From assembly GCA_043228905.1 (NCBI GenBank), contig JBHGNT010000022.1, forward strand, positions 10,664,001-10,728,000: 64,000 nt of DNA, in the 5' to 3' direction. The position numbers were made by a program, and so were the translations under genes. Position 1 is the stretch's first letter. Each line of letters starts with the position of its first letter. This stretch comes from Azolla caroliniana. Taxonomy: Eukaryota; Plantae; Polypodiophyta. Of the stretch, positions 1 to 12,269 are shown in pieces. The notes beneath the pieces were generated by a model. It was not told the DNA's origin, searched no databases, and worked only from the letters and a program-made list of their open reading frames with translations.

Positions 1-54
1 ATAATCTTAAATAAATTTTTTATAAGTTTTCATATCGTGTGTGAAAAACCACAC

Positions 55-3000
55 ATCAAAGCCACCTTGGCGCAAGTTACATGATCTTCCTTACCAAACC
101 AAATGTAATTGTGTACCAGTCCTTGAATCTGATGTATACTTTCCTTGGAGATTGTCCAACATGATAGACTGTATCATGTTGTTGCAAGTAGTACCTGGTT
201 TGCCACTATGATGCGACCTGCTAGCGACAGTTTTTTCAAACTCCAATGTATCAACTTTTGTCGAATGGAATGGATAACGGGTGCAATCATAGACTCGGAC
301 GGTATGTTGAAACCAATTTGGAAACCCAAATATTTGGTGCTCGCTCCTTGATTGATCCATTTGAAGGCGGGATGTGGGTGCCACGCATGATGCGTTTCAT
401 GAGAAAACCATATTGCACACGATTTGTGCCAATTGATCATGGCATTGGATCTCTTGCAAAATATGGCTAACCCACTTTCTAGCTTTTGGAGGTTTTCCAA
501 GTGCCCTTGTAGGTAGACCACAATTTATCATCAACAAATTCTATATCCAGTATGCTTTGGTGAAAATGAGGTACGTGAAGACCACATAGGCTGAGATGTC
601 GCGAGTTGAGAAAGCAAGAGAGTGCTTCGGCGTATAATAGAAATCAGGATTGAGCTAGTGGGCATTCCTATCATACAAATTGGGATATTCTGAAAAAGGG
701 GCCCCTTTCACCTGCCAGTGAAATGCAACTGTTGTCGTTCCTATAAAGTCCTGCAATGAGTTTGATCCATGTCTCTTGAAAGCCGAGTTTCCCCATCACA
801 CTTTCTAGAAAGTTCCAGCATACCCTGTCATATGCTTTCTCAAAATCTAGTAGCACCACCACTACCTTGTTGTTGGTACTCTTCGCAAGGGCTACTACCT
901 CCCAGAATGAGAATAGGTTGTCTAGGATGCTTCGATTTCTAATGAAACTTGTTTGGGACGGATGAAAGAGTTGAGGGAGAAGTGGTGTTAAACGGCGTGC
1001 CACGATTTTTGCGAGCAACTTATAGATGGTATTGAAAATAGTTATGGGCCGCCACTTACTAATGTCGTTGGCACTCCCACCCACCACTTTCAGGAATGAG
1101 ATGTATCATCCCCTGTCCAAATTCCTCCGGCATGTTTTCAGAGGTGATGATCTCCTCATATGCCTGGAGGAGGTCTTCTTTAATAGTGTCCTAAAGGCAT
1201 GTGAAAAAGTGAGGGGGGAGGCCGTCGATTCCGGGACAACTATCTGCATCCAAATCAGAGAGGGCCTCCCATATCTCGATGATTGATAGGGGACACACGA
1301 GCCATGTATTCATTTCCATCGTGACTTTCTCGGGTATGCTTTGGAGGATAATATCTTCTCTTATGTCTTCCCCTATGGCCATAGTATCTTCGGTAAGTAG
1401 GCGTTTATAGTAACTTGTGGCAATATTCCTCATTTCGTCGCCATCCCCAGTGGTCGTTCCATCCTCTCGGTTGAGGCTGCGCATCATCGTTCTAGCATGC
1501 CTTGGGCCTTTGGAGCGGAAGAATTTCTTTGTGGTTTTGTCCCCTACTCGAATCCATCGCACCATGCTTCCATGAAACTCCATCTCATATATTTCCTTTT
1601 CCGCCATGCTGAGTTCATGTTTAGCCATGGCAACTTGTCTTGCAATCCAACTACATGACGGGTATCTCTGTTGGAGTCATTGTAAGGCTATTAGTTCCCG
1701 TTTTGTCTTCTATCGCTTTTCCTGAGCCTCCTTGCTTCTGGTCTTGACAATCTCATGTAGGAGAGTTGAGGCTCTTGTTAATTTAGCTAGAAGTTTGCCA
1801 GATAGTGATGAATCATTGATGGGTAATGACCATTTGTTGGAGAGTTGTTCCTTCACTTCTATCACTGTGTAAATAGTGTGTGGGATGCGATGCTGGAATG
1901 GCCCCCATTTTGAGTGCAATTGAAAATAACCAACTATCGGGTAATGGTTAGAGAAAGTCATGCCCGGAGTTATGTGACACCACCCTCCCTTCGCTTCTAG
2001 AGCCCCGCCCACATAAATGTGGTCAATGCGAGATAGGGTGGGTCCATTATTCCACCGTCTAATCAGGAGAATAGGAGAGAATCCCTTTTTCGTTGGAAGT
2101 TGTCAGAATGTTAGATGTCTCCTAGGTTAAGGTGTACACATAACTTCTCCCATTGTTTACGTTCCCTTCCTTGTAGAACTATGGGGTTGTTGGAGCTATC
2201 ATGAATGGATTCGCTCATATAAAAATCCCCTCCAATGCACCACTCTTCCACACCCGCTACTTGTAGGCAGATGCGTTCCCAGAATGTTGCCCTTTCTATT
2301 CTGCTATTTGGAGCATAAACATTCATGAAATTCCAGCATTGCCCTTTGATGGCCAACGTGCAAAAATGTGCCCTACCAAGTATAAGTGATTCCTAGTGTA
2401 TTAAGCCTTGGGCTAGATGTTCTCGAATCAAAGTGCAAATACTACCATGATTTCCATCCTCCCCTATTGCTGGCTCCCAAATTGCTCGCCATGATCTTGG
2501 TAGAAGGTCTCCGACTTCCTTTGACTGCGTGCTATCGAGGTTGTGTTCCTGCAACATGATGATGTCAGCAACAATCCCTAATAAATATTCCTCAAGATCC
2601 CTTCTCCATTTCCATATGTTTTGCTGGTCTAGTCGACTTCTAAGCCCTTGCACATACCATGTTACAATCTTCATACTCATGGAATGAGGTGGGAGATTGC
2701 CAATTATTCCTGGTGCTTTGCACAACAGGTCGTGAGTGGGGAGCACTCACCATTTAGACATCCAATCATTTCCAGGCATGGAATGTTGGTCCACGAGTGG
2801 AGTTTGTGGGCTATCCGATGAGCTTCAATAGTTACTTCCTGCTTCTCATAGAAATAGAAGAAGCCTGGAGTTAGTTGGGCGTCTATAATTGTCCGCAGGT
2901 GGATGTGGCAGAGATGAGGTTCCTCTTCATCCATGGTGCACCAGAATTTTGTGTTATTCCAATGCTTCTTTAGTTCATTCATGAGGGCTTCATCTCTTAT

Positions 3001-3669
3001 TTTTGTGACAAAATAGGCTGCTTGACTGCATAGGGTATCGTTGATCTTGGACTTGGACCAGTCCTCTTGTTCCAAAAGCAAGAGTGGAAAAGAAATTGAG
3101 GTCGTCGGTACTCCATTCTTGTGTATCGCCGATACATGTACCCTTATTTTGTCCAATGTCATATGCCCTATACCTAGCCATTTCAGGACATTTTGAGGGT
3201 GTGGTTCAAGGTCCTAGCTAGATGTGTCATACTCATTTATGGCTGGGAAGGCTATGATTTGAGGCGTGATATTCAAACTACTGCCTTGGTTTGTTGTTTC
3301 TCCATTGGGTGCAATTCCATTAAAGCTTTTCATTAGGGTCTTAACATGACTGATCCTTCGCCGCTTCCCTGTTTTGTAAGCTTTAACGAGTATTTTCTCT
3401 TGTGTTTTTGGAATCACCTTGGGCATTTCCTTGGGGCTTAAGAAAGCACTAGGGGAGTGTTCATCTGTGTGGGGAAGCTCTTGTACTAGATCACAACAAT
3501 TGGGGCTCATTGGCAATGAGGGATTTTGTGACTGTGGTATTTTACGTAGGACATGGGATTTCCCCACCACTTGCCATTCCATCACAACCTTATTGGGGCG
3601 TGTTGGGGGAGGCTTCTGATTTCCTATGGTATCCCGCCCTTCCAAGGTCTCCACAGTGGGATCCTTAAT
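55..3669 (-). mobile_element. Degenerate L1-clade LINE, 3' part (end of ORF1, APE endonuclease, RT)
   Basis: Minus-strand fragments in L1 order. Endonuclease: KIVTWYVQGL..DIIMLQE (2393-2746), MNVYAPN..WCIGGDF (2111-2356), SNHYPI (1710-2012). RT: WRPITIFNTIYKLLAK..LLDFEKAYDRV (671-1087), KYLG..SLAGRIIVANQVL (174-521). Many stops and frameshifts. Left boundary approximate. Confidence 0.88.
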
Positions 3670-4024
3670 TGCAAAAGTAGCGTACGGAAGCAAGTGTGAA
3701 GATAGAACAGAAGGAAGAACACTCAGGTTTAATGGAGAGCTTGAGCTTACGCAGTATACGCGGGAGAGATAGAGAGAAGACACACTCGCCTTAAAAAATT
3801 CAAGAAAAACAAGACAATACATATATGTGTTCAATGAACACTTTGTACAAGTCCTAGGACCAAAGTACTGACAGTACTTCAATGCTCATTAAGAGCTCCT
3901 ACACTAACTCCCAAATATATTCCTCACGGAATATCTTTCGTAACGGCCTAACCGATCGGTCCCAACCAATCCGGTCCTCGGCTTCTTCAGCCGATCCGGC
4001 CGATGTTGAGCTTGTCTCTCAACA
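3670..4024 (-). repeat. 3' LTR of Copia-1, internally deleted
   Basis: Matches 16231-16340 joined directly to about 17180-17432 of the other LTR. Confidence 0.9.
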
Positions 4025-4390
4025 CTCCCCCTCAAGCTCAACTTGAGGCTCTTCGGGATCTTCACAGCACCGGTTCCTCCTGGCTTCACGCCTCGCTCGC
4101 GCTCCTCGACCTGTTCGACTCCGCGCGCTTCGACCCTTCCGGTCGGCTTGTCTGCTCATGTGGTCCTTATCAGCTCTTCTACTGTTGCGGTGTCGACACT
4201 TCTTCTGCTGCCTTTTCTTCCGCTTGGGCCTCGGTTGATTCAACGTGTCTGAATCAAACATCCGAATTGACTCGGCGACCTCCGATCGGTCTTCGCTCTT
4301 GTCCGAGTTGCCTGTCTCCAACTCGTCTTCAGTCTTCTCGCCGTCGATGGCATCATCTTCCCCATGCGTGGTTGGCTTTGGCTCTCTCCT

Positions 4391-7300
4391 TCAGCTGCTC
4401 CCCTTCTGTCCTCTTCCGAACTTTTCCGCGGGTCCGCCCTCGGCTTCTTCAGCCGATCCGAAGTCGAACTCGACAACCGACTCGGTGTCGCGGTCTCCGC
4501 TCCTTTCCCGCTGCCTTGCTTGGTCGTTCGGGACTGTTCTCCCCCTCAAGTTTGGCACGTCGAGGTGACGCAATCCGAGCGCACCTGAGAATCGCCGCAA
4601 CTTGTCCAGACCAAGGGGCTTGGTGAAGATGTCGGCAATCTGCCGATCCATCGGCACGTACTGAAGTTCGACTTCACTGGAAAGGACACGCTCACGGACG
4701 AAATGGTAGTGCACCTCAATGTGCTTGGTCCGTGCGTGGAAAACTGGGTTCTTCGCGAGCTGGATGTTGCTGAGGTTGTCGCAGTAGATCGTCGTCGGAT
4801 CTGACACCTCCGCTTGGAGGTCCTTAAGTAGCCGCTTCAACCATATGGCTTCGCACGTCACGACAGTCACGCCTCGGTACTCAGCTTCGGTGCGCGACAG
4901 TGCAACTGTCGGCTGCTTCTTACTGCTCCACGCGATCGCGGCACTCTCGAGGGAGAACGCATATCCGGACGTGGATCGGCGATCGGCGGCGTTGCCAGCC
5001 CAATCAGCATCAGTGTAGCCGACTAACTGCACGGTTGCACCGGTCCGATATAGCAGTCCGCGGTCCTTAGTGCCGCTTACGTACCGCAGTACGCATTGCG
5101 CACACTGAAGGTGCTCCTCGGTAGGTCACGCCATGAACTGACTGATCACCCCGACCGGATAACTGAGGTCGGGTCAGGTGATGGTCAAGTATATGAGGCT
5201 TCCGACAATTTGTCGGAACCTCGTCGGGTCGCATACCTTTCCCGTATCGGGACGAAGCTTGATGGTTCTGTCCAGAGGAGTCGAGACGGACTTACAGTCG
5301 GCCATCCCGAGTTTGAAGAGCATACCTAGCACGTAATGACGTTGGCTAATCAATATGCCTTCGGGGGTACGGATCACTTCGATCCCGAGGAAGTAATGAA
5401 GGTCCCCCAAATCCTTCATGTCGAACGATGCCGCAAGCTGGAGCTTCACGCGGTCGATTTCACCTAGGTCGGCGCCGGTGATGACCAAGTCATCGACATA
5501 TAGTAGAATACTAACCGGTCCGAGTCGACCTTTCCGGATGAACAGGGAAGAGTCCAATTTTGACGTGAAGAAGCCCATCCGACGCAGTTGTTGCGTGATC
5601 TTCGCGTTCCAAGCACGCGGGGCTTGCTTCAGTCCGTAAAGGGACTTCTTCAGTCGGCATACTACCGAGGAGTTCATTCCGGAGTGAAATCCGGGGGGCT
5701 ATACCATGTACACTTGTTCCTCAAGGTCACCTTGCAGTAACGCATTCTTTACATCTATTTGATGTAGGTGCCACCCCTTGGCCGCGGCTACTGCGAGCAA
5801 AACACGGACGGTCGTCATTTTCGCGACCGGCGCAAATGTCTCATCGTAGTCGATGCCGTGTTTCTGCACGTAGCCCTTTGCCACTAGCCGAGCCTTGTAC
5901 CGGTTGACCGACCCATCGGTGTTGTACTTGACTTTGTACATCCACCTACACCCGATCTGTTTTACCCCTCTTGGTGCGTCAACCAGGTCCCAGGTCTCGT
6001 TCTCCGCCATTGCGTGCATCTCTTCCTCCATCGCGGCATTCCAAGTCGCGTCTTTAGCCGCTTCCGCGTAGCTCTCCGGCTCACGCACTTCCGCTACACG
6101 GGTCATGTACACATAATGATGCGCCATGTACTCGTTGTATCCGAACCGCACAACAGGATTCTTCTGGCGGGTAGATCGGCGTAATCTCGCATTAGCCAAT
6201 GTCGAGGCCTTCTCGGTCGACGCGGACTTCACTTTTAAAGACCCGTCACCGATTCCCTCGGAGTCGGACTCGCGTCGGTCTGACTCGTTCCTATCCGTGC
6301 CGGAATCCGACACCTTCTTCTTCCCTTTCTCTTTGCGCGTAAGCCGTCTCCTCGGCTTTCTGCACGGGGAATGCACGACCGAGTCTCCACTACTCGCCGG
6401 CTCTTCATCGGACTGGTCGTATCGACTCAGTCGTCCAATCGGTCTAGTTAACCGGAGTGAAATCGGACTCTCTTCGCAGGTCTCGATTTCGGGCTCATCC
6501 GGAGGCATCTCGGCCTCGCTGACCTCATCGTCAGAGCTCGGATTGGGGGCAGGGTTCGAAGTCGGGGGCAGGTACCAGGACGCGAACTCGTCAAACACAA
6601 CGTCGCGGCTGACACGCGCTTGTTTGGTGCGAGGGTTATAGCACTTATAACCCTTCTACTCGTCCAAGTAACCGACCAAGATGCATTTCTTGGCCTTTGC
6701 GTCCAGCTTCCTCCTTTTCTCCGTCGGTACATGCACATATGCAATGCTACCGAACACCCTCAAGTGTCGCAAGTTCGGCTTCGTTCCGAAATATAGCTCG
6801 TGCGCCGACACTTTGTCTCCGATCCGGTTTTGGATGTATACCACGGTCCTTACCGCCTCGGCTCAGTAGAACTTGGGCAAACTCTTCTCCTCCAGCATTG
6901 CCCGTGCCGTTTCCACAATTGACCGATTCTTCCTCTCGGCCACGCCGTTCTGCTCCGGCGTGTATCTACAACTGAATTCGCGCCGAATTCCCATTTGTTG
7001 TAGGTAACCGTTGAATTGACCAGAAAAGTACTCTTTCCCACCATGCGACCGCATGCACTTGATCTTTCGTCCCGTCTCCGTTTCCACGAACCCTTTGAAG
7101 TCCCGGAAACAGTCGAAGACTTCGCTCTTCCTCTCAATGAGGTAGATCCACGTGTGCCGCGTGTGGTCATCGATGAAGGAAACGAAATATCGGCTCCTGC
7201 CAAGACTAACATTTTGTGCCGGCCCCCATACATCGGAGTGTATAAGGTCGAGCTTGTTCCGGCTCCGGTTTCGCTCGTTGGGGAAGGGAAGTCGGGGTTG

Positions 7301-8152
7301 CTTCCCAAGCTGGCCGGCTTCACAAATTTGTGCCTTTCGGCCACTAAATTTGGGCAATCCGAACACTACCTGTTTCGATTGTAGATCTTGAAGCCGCTGG
7401 TGGTTGACGTGGCCTATCCGCTTGTGCCACAAGTCGATGTCCGACTCGGATTTTTGTCCCTTTGCAAACATTGCGGTGCCGCCGTCAGTGGAGTCGAGGA
7501 TGAACATCCTCCCGTCTCTGTGCCCTTGCGCGATCACACGGCCTTCTTCCTCAATGAAGCACCCGAGGTGTGTAAACCGAACATCCATCCCTTGGTCGAC
7601 GATCTGTCCGACCGAGACCAAGTTTTTCGTGATTGTCGGAACGTGCAACACGTTCATGAGTTTCCCTTTCTGCCCAACATGGCTAAGGGGAACTTCTCCG
7701 ACATTCGTGATCGGATGCGGAGTGTCGTCTCCAGTTGCGACTACTCCAGGTTGTATCGGTTTTTCAAGGTACGAGAACCACTCCTTATGGCTCGTCATGT
7801 GGTTTGACGCGCCGGAGTCTACGTACCACACCTCGTTCGATCTCGGGGTGCTCTGTTTTATTGAGTTTGCTTCGTGTCTCGTCACGAAGGCAGACCCTTC
7901 TTCGGCTCTCCTGGAGTCTTCGGCGTAGTGCGGTCGCTGCCTATTTCCCTTGTCGGTATGTCTGGAGCCGTTTCCGGAACCGGTTCTCTCGGAATCGGCG
8001 CGGTTCTTCCAGCACTCACTTTCCCTGTGGCCTTTCTTGCCACAGTACCAGCACTCCGCGATGGCCTTCCCTTGCCGGTTCTCATCGCTTCGACTCCCCC
8101 TGTTTCCGGAGGGTCCGGAGTTGCTGTCGGCATCACTTCGGTGCCTTCTTCC
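4391..8152 (-). pseudogene. Copia-1 gag C-terminus and pol (zinc knuckle, PR, GAG-pre-integrase, INT, RT, RNase H), disrupted
   Basis: Motifs CWYCGKKGHRESEC (about 8030-8056), [74 protein letters not shown]. Premature stops and frameshifts split it into several ORFs. Confidence 0.93.
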
Positions 8153-8389
8153 CCCGGGGGCTTCACTGTCAAAACTTGTATGATAGCACGTGAGTTCATC
8201 AAAAGGGGTTTAAATTAGCCATTGAGGTACAGAATGTATATATATAAGGGTATTAATAAATATGTGAAATATATATTTACATAAGGGTATTATTAATTAT
8301 GCTAGAAAAAAATTTACATAAGCCCATGAAATATTACATATTTTAATGAGATAGTAAAGAATTATTATGCAAACAATACTCGAATTTGG

Positions 8390-8895
8390 AGTAGCATATA
8401 TACATGTATTCTTTCATACATACATACATATGAATTCATGCATATATACCTACATTCAAACATTACATCTATGAATATGTACATACATACATTACACCGA
8501 TTTGTTCATGCATACTGACTAAACATAAATATATGTACAAATATATATTACCATGTGTAAATGTTTACATACACATACATAAATGCATTGCATATTACAT
8601 ATATAAATACATGCATACAATATAATCAGCCATGTGTGTGTGTGTATACTACACATTCTTACAAACATATTTTATAGAGTACATATTATACACATATATC
8701 ATTATACACACAATTATATGCAACTACATATATGTATACATACATACCAAGCACAAAAAATATACATAAATAAATAAATTACGTATTATATATACATACA
8801 CATACACATACAAATTAATACATAAGATTACATATTATATGTATTACAAATTTCCACACATACAAACAAGTTACATATATTATATTATATATATG

Positions 8896-8933
<38 letters not shown>

Positions 8934-10745
8934 AATAAATTAGATATTACATATCATATAATCCATACATATTAACAATAAACAAATTTACATACAATTA
9001 CATACATACATTACATATATACATATATAGATATATTACATATGCACATACATATTCCACACATCACCATATATATAGATTATACGAAACCATGCAAACT
9101 ACATTACTTACATATATACACACACATTAGATATATGTATACTTACACATACATCGGATATATACATGCATATTACATACATACATCCATATACGAGCCA
9201 TACACATACTAAACATGAAAACATCCCGAAAATATACATACATAAATACATTACATATATACACATACATACATTCATGCATGTACATACATATCACCAT
9301 ATACACACATATATACACATACATACATAAAATATATGCATACATATTACAAACACACATCCTTGCACATTGCCTCATGTACATTGACATATGCATATAT
9401 GCAGTGCACACATCCATGCACATTGACTCGTGTACATTGACATATGCACACACATACAGACATTACATATGTAAATACATATTCCATATATATACATACA
9501 ATATACATACACACACATTGGATATATGTATACTTACACATACATTGGACATATGCATATATATTATGTGTATATTGCAAACATACATCCCTATATGAGC
9601 CATACACATACTAAACACGAAAATACCCTGAAATTATACATACATAAATACATTACAAATTACATATATACACATACGTACATGTACATGTACATACATA
9701 TATTCATTTATCCATTGCTACATTTATATACGTACATATGCCTACAATGTTACACATATAAATTTTACAAACATACATCCATACACATATATACATACAT
9801 TATATACATGCATACACATACATACATTGCATATGTATATTACATACACATACATACATACATTACATATGTACATAGATATCATCACATATGCACACAC
9901 ACACACATGGTCATACACACTATAAAAGTACATTTATACATACATTAGATATATATACATAGATATCATGCACATATTACAATCACACATCCATACACAT
10001 TGAATTGTGTACATTGACATATGTATATATGCATACACATATGTACATTCGTACATGGACATATATATATATTCATACATACACTAAATAGTACATATAT
10101 ACATACATATAGATATTATGCACATATTGCAATCACACATATATACATACATACCATATGCATATATGCATGCACATATGTACATTAGTACATGGACATA
10201 CATATATTCATTTATACATTGCTACATATACATGCACATACATACATTAGATATTTACATAGATATTATGCACATGTTACAATCACACATCCATACACAT
10301 TGAATAATGTGCATTGACATATGCATATACACATACATACACATACGAACATACATACATTACATATGCATACACACATGTACATTCGCTTATGGGCATA
10401 CATATATTCATTCATACATTGCTACACGCATATACGCACATATGGCTACAATGATACACGTATAAATTTTACAAACATACATCATTCCCTGAAAATATGC
10501 ATAGACAAATACATGTTATAAATCCGTACAATGTTACACATATATACATACACATGCCTTCCATGATGATACATGTATAAATGTTACAAACTTACATCCA
10601 TCCATCTGTACATACATACATACATACATACATACACGCAAGCACAAAACACATACCTCACATACTCACATGCCATACACACAATACAATATGTACATAC
10701 ATACACACATGCCATACATACAATATACACAATACAATACAATAT

Positions 10746-10780
<35 letters not shown>

Positions 10781-11008
10781 ACATCTGCATATACACACCT
10801 ACACATGCACATATATACAACACACACACACATAACAAATACATACATGTACATATAATACATACAATGGACGCTAATTGTTTGAAAAAACGGGGGAAGA
10901 TTACAAATTTACATATGTACATACATGTGTTATGTTTTTGCAAAAAGTTAAGGGGGGAAAAGGAGAGAGAGAGAGAGAGAGAGAGGGAGGGAGAGAGAGA
11001 GAGAGAGG
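8390..11008. repeat. Cryptic (TACA)n/(TA)n/(CA)n simple-sequence tract ending in (GA)n
   Basis: About 2.6 kb of alternating purine-pyrimidine sequence, with pure CA runs near 8900-8930 and 10748-10776 and a GA run at about 10963-11008. Confidence 0.9.
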
Positions 11009-12269
11009 GCAATCATGAAGCGATTGAGAAGGGATGGACACAACGCGGCCATGGCAAATCGAGATGGAGCCATGGGGGTGGCCTACCAGCAGGTGACTAT
11101 GAGTATATCAATGTGATTGTGAGTATATCTATGTAGTGATCCGTCTTGCCATCTTGAAACAGATTGCCCGAACACCTGAAACAGATTGTCAAGACCATGT
11201 GCGCATCTGCGAAGAGGTCATTGAAAGATCAGGGCACCCACCTCCTCCCGCATCACGCCCAAAAGCTCAAAAGACGATCTCTTAGGGCTCAGACTAGGGT
11301 TAGGGTTCATTCACGTGCAGGCCGATCTCCAACCCATTGCGATGAAGCAAGAGATGGATATCTCCTTCTTTAAGGCTCAGGCTCGAGCAGCCGCCACAAT
11401 GTTGTCTTCATGTGCGTTTGCGGCCGCTGTATCGACAAAGACTGGTTTCGATCAAGACCCACAAGTAGCTGCCATGGAGGCAGCTTTATACGGCCCCAAG
11501 ACTGCCGATGCGCTCGGGAAGGTGTCATCGCATTCGGGCCTCTCGACGGCCCTCAAGCTGCAGAATTTGGGAGTAGTGTTTCAGTCTTGATACGATTGCT
11601 AATACTATGGTTGGGAAGTATTAGAAAATGGATCTAGTTCATCTGGCCATGATTAGGGTAAATCCAACCAAAGCCATGTGGTTCAACAATCACCATCCCA
11701 TCATGGATATGTATGATAGAGAGTTTTTTGTATCATATTTTTGTTTGTACAAAAGAGGAACCAGGCCTAGGCCTAGCCCTAACTTGATCTCTCTCCATCC
11801 CCACCCCTGTTAGGGGAAAATAGAGACTTGCTTTTTTGGTTTTGTGAAGAGAACTTTTTCCTTGTCTTCCATAGTGAGTAAAAAAGATTGGCCACATATG
11901 GAATGCTTTTGCTTCTTGTTATTTGTAGCAAGCGTTTTTTGGGTGAGTAATTAAGGATATATGATGAGAGAGAGAGAGAGAGAAGAAGATTGATTGACTG
12001 AGACGAGGCAGCAGAAAGAAGAAGAATGGAAGAAGCAGGATAGAGATGGAGCCCGAGGACGAAGGAGGGATATGGTATGGCCAAGTTTTAACCTGGTCTA
12101 TTTCTCTTTTGGCTCACGTTGGAGAAAGAGGCACAATCTTGACTTTAACCTGGTCTATTTCTCTTTTGGCCAAGTGCGTTGATTGCTTGTAAATTTAGAT
12201 GTTGCTTTAATTTTACTTTTTGGTTTCAAATCTTTACTGGATGAATTAATTGTGCTATTTCGTTTGTTC

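Noticed and set aside
3214-3882. 222-aa ORF as a standalone gene
   Set aside because: It is a read-through across the Copia LTR/LINE ORF1 junction at 3669/3670.
9127-11136. Many His/Thr/Tyr/Ile- or Cys/Val/Met-rich ORFs
   Set aside because: They are translations of the TACA/CA microsatellite tract, not genes.
11293-11307. TAGGGTTAGGGTT telomere-like motif
   Set aside because: Only two units, and telo-box-like motifs are common in plant DNA.
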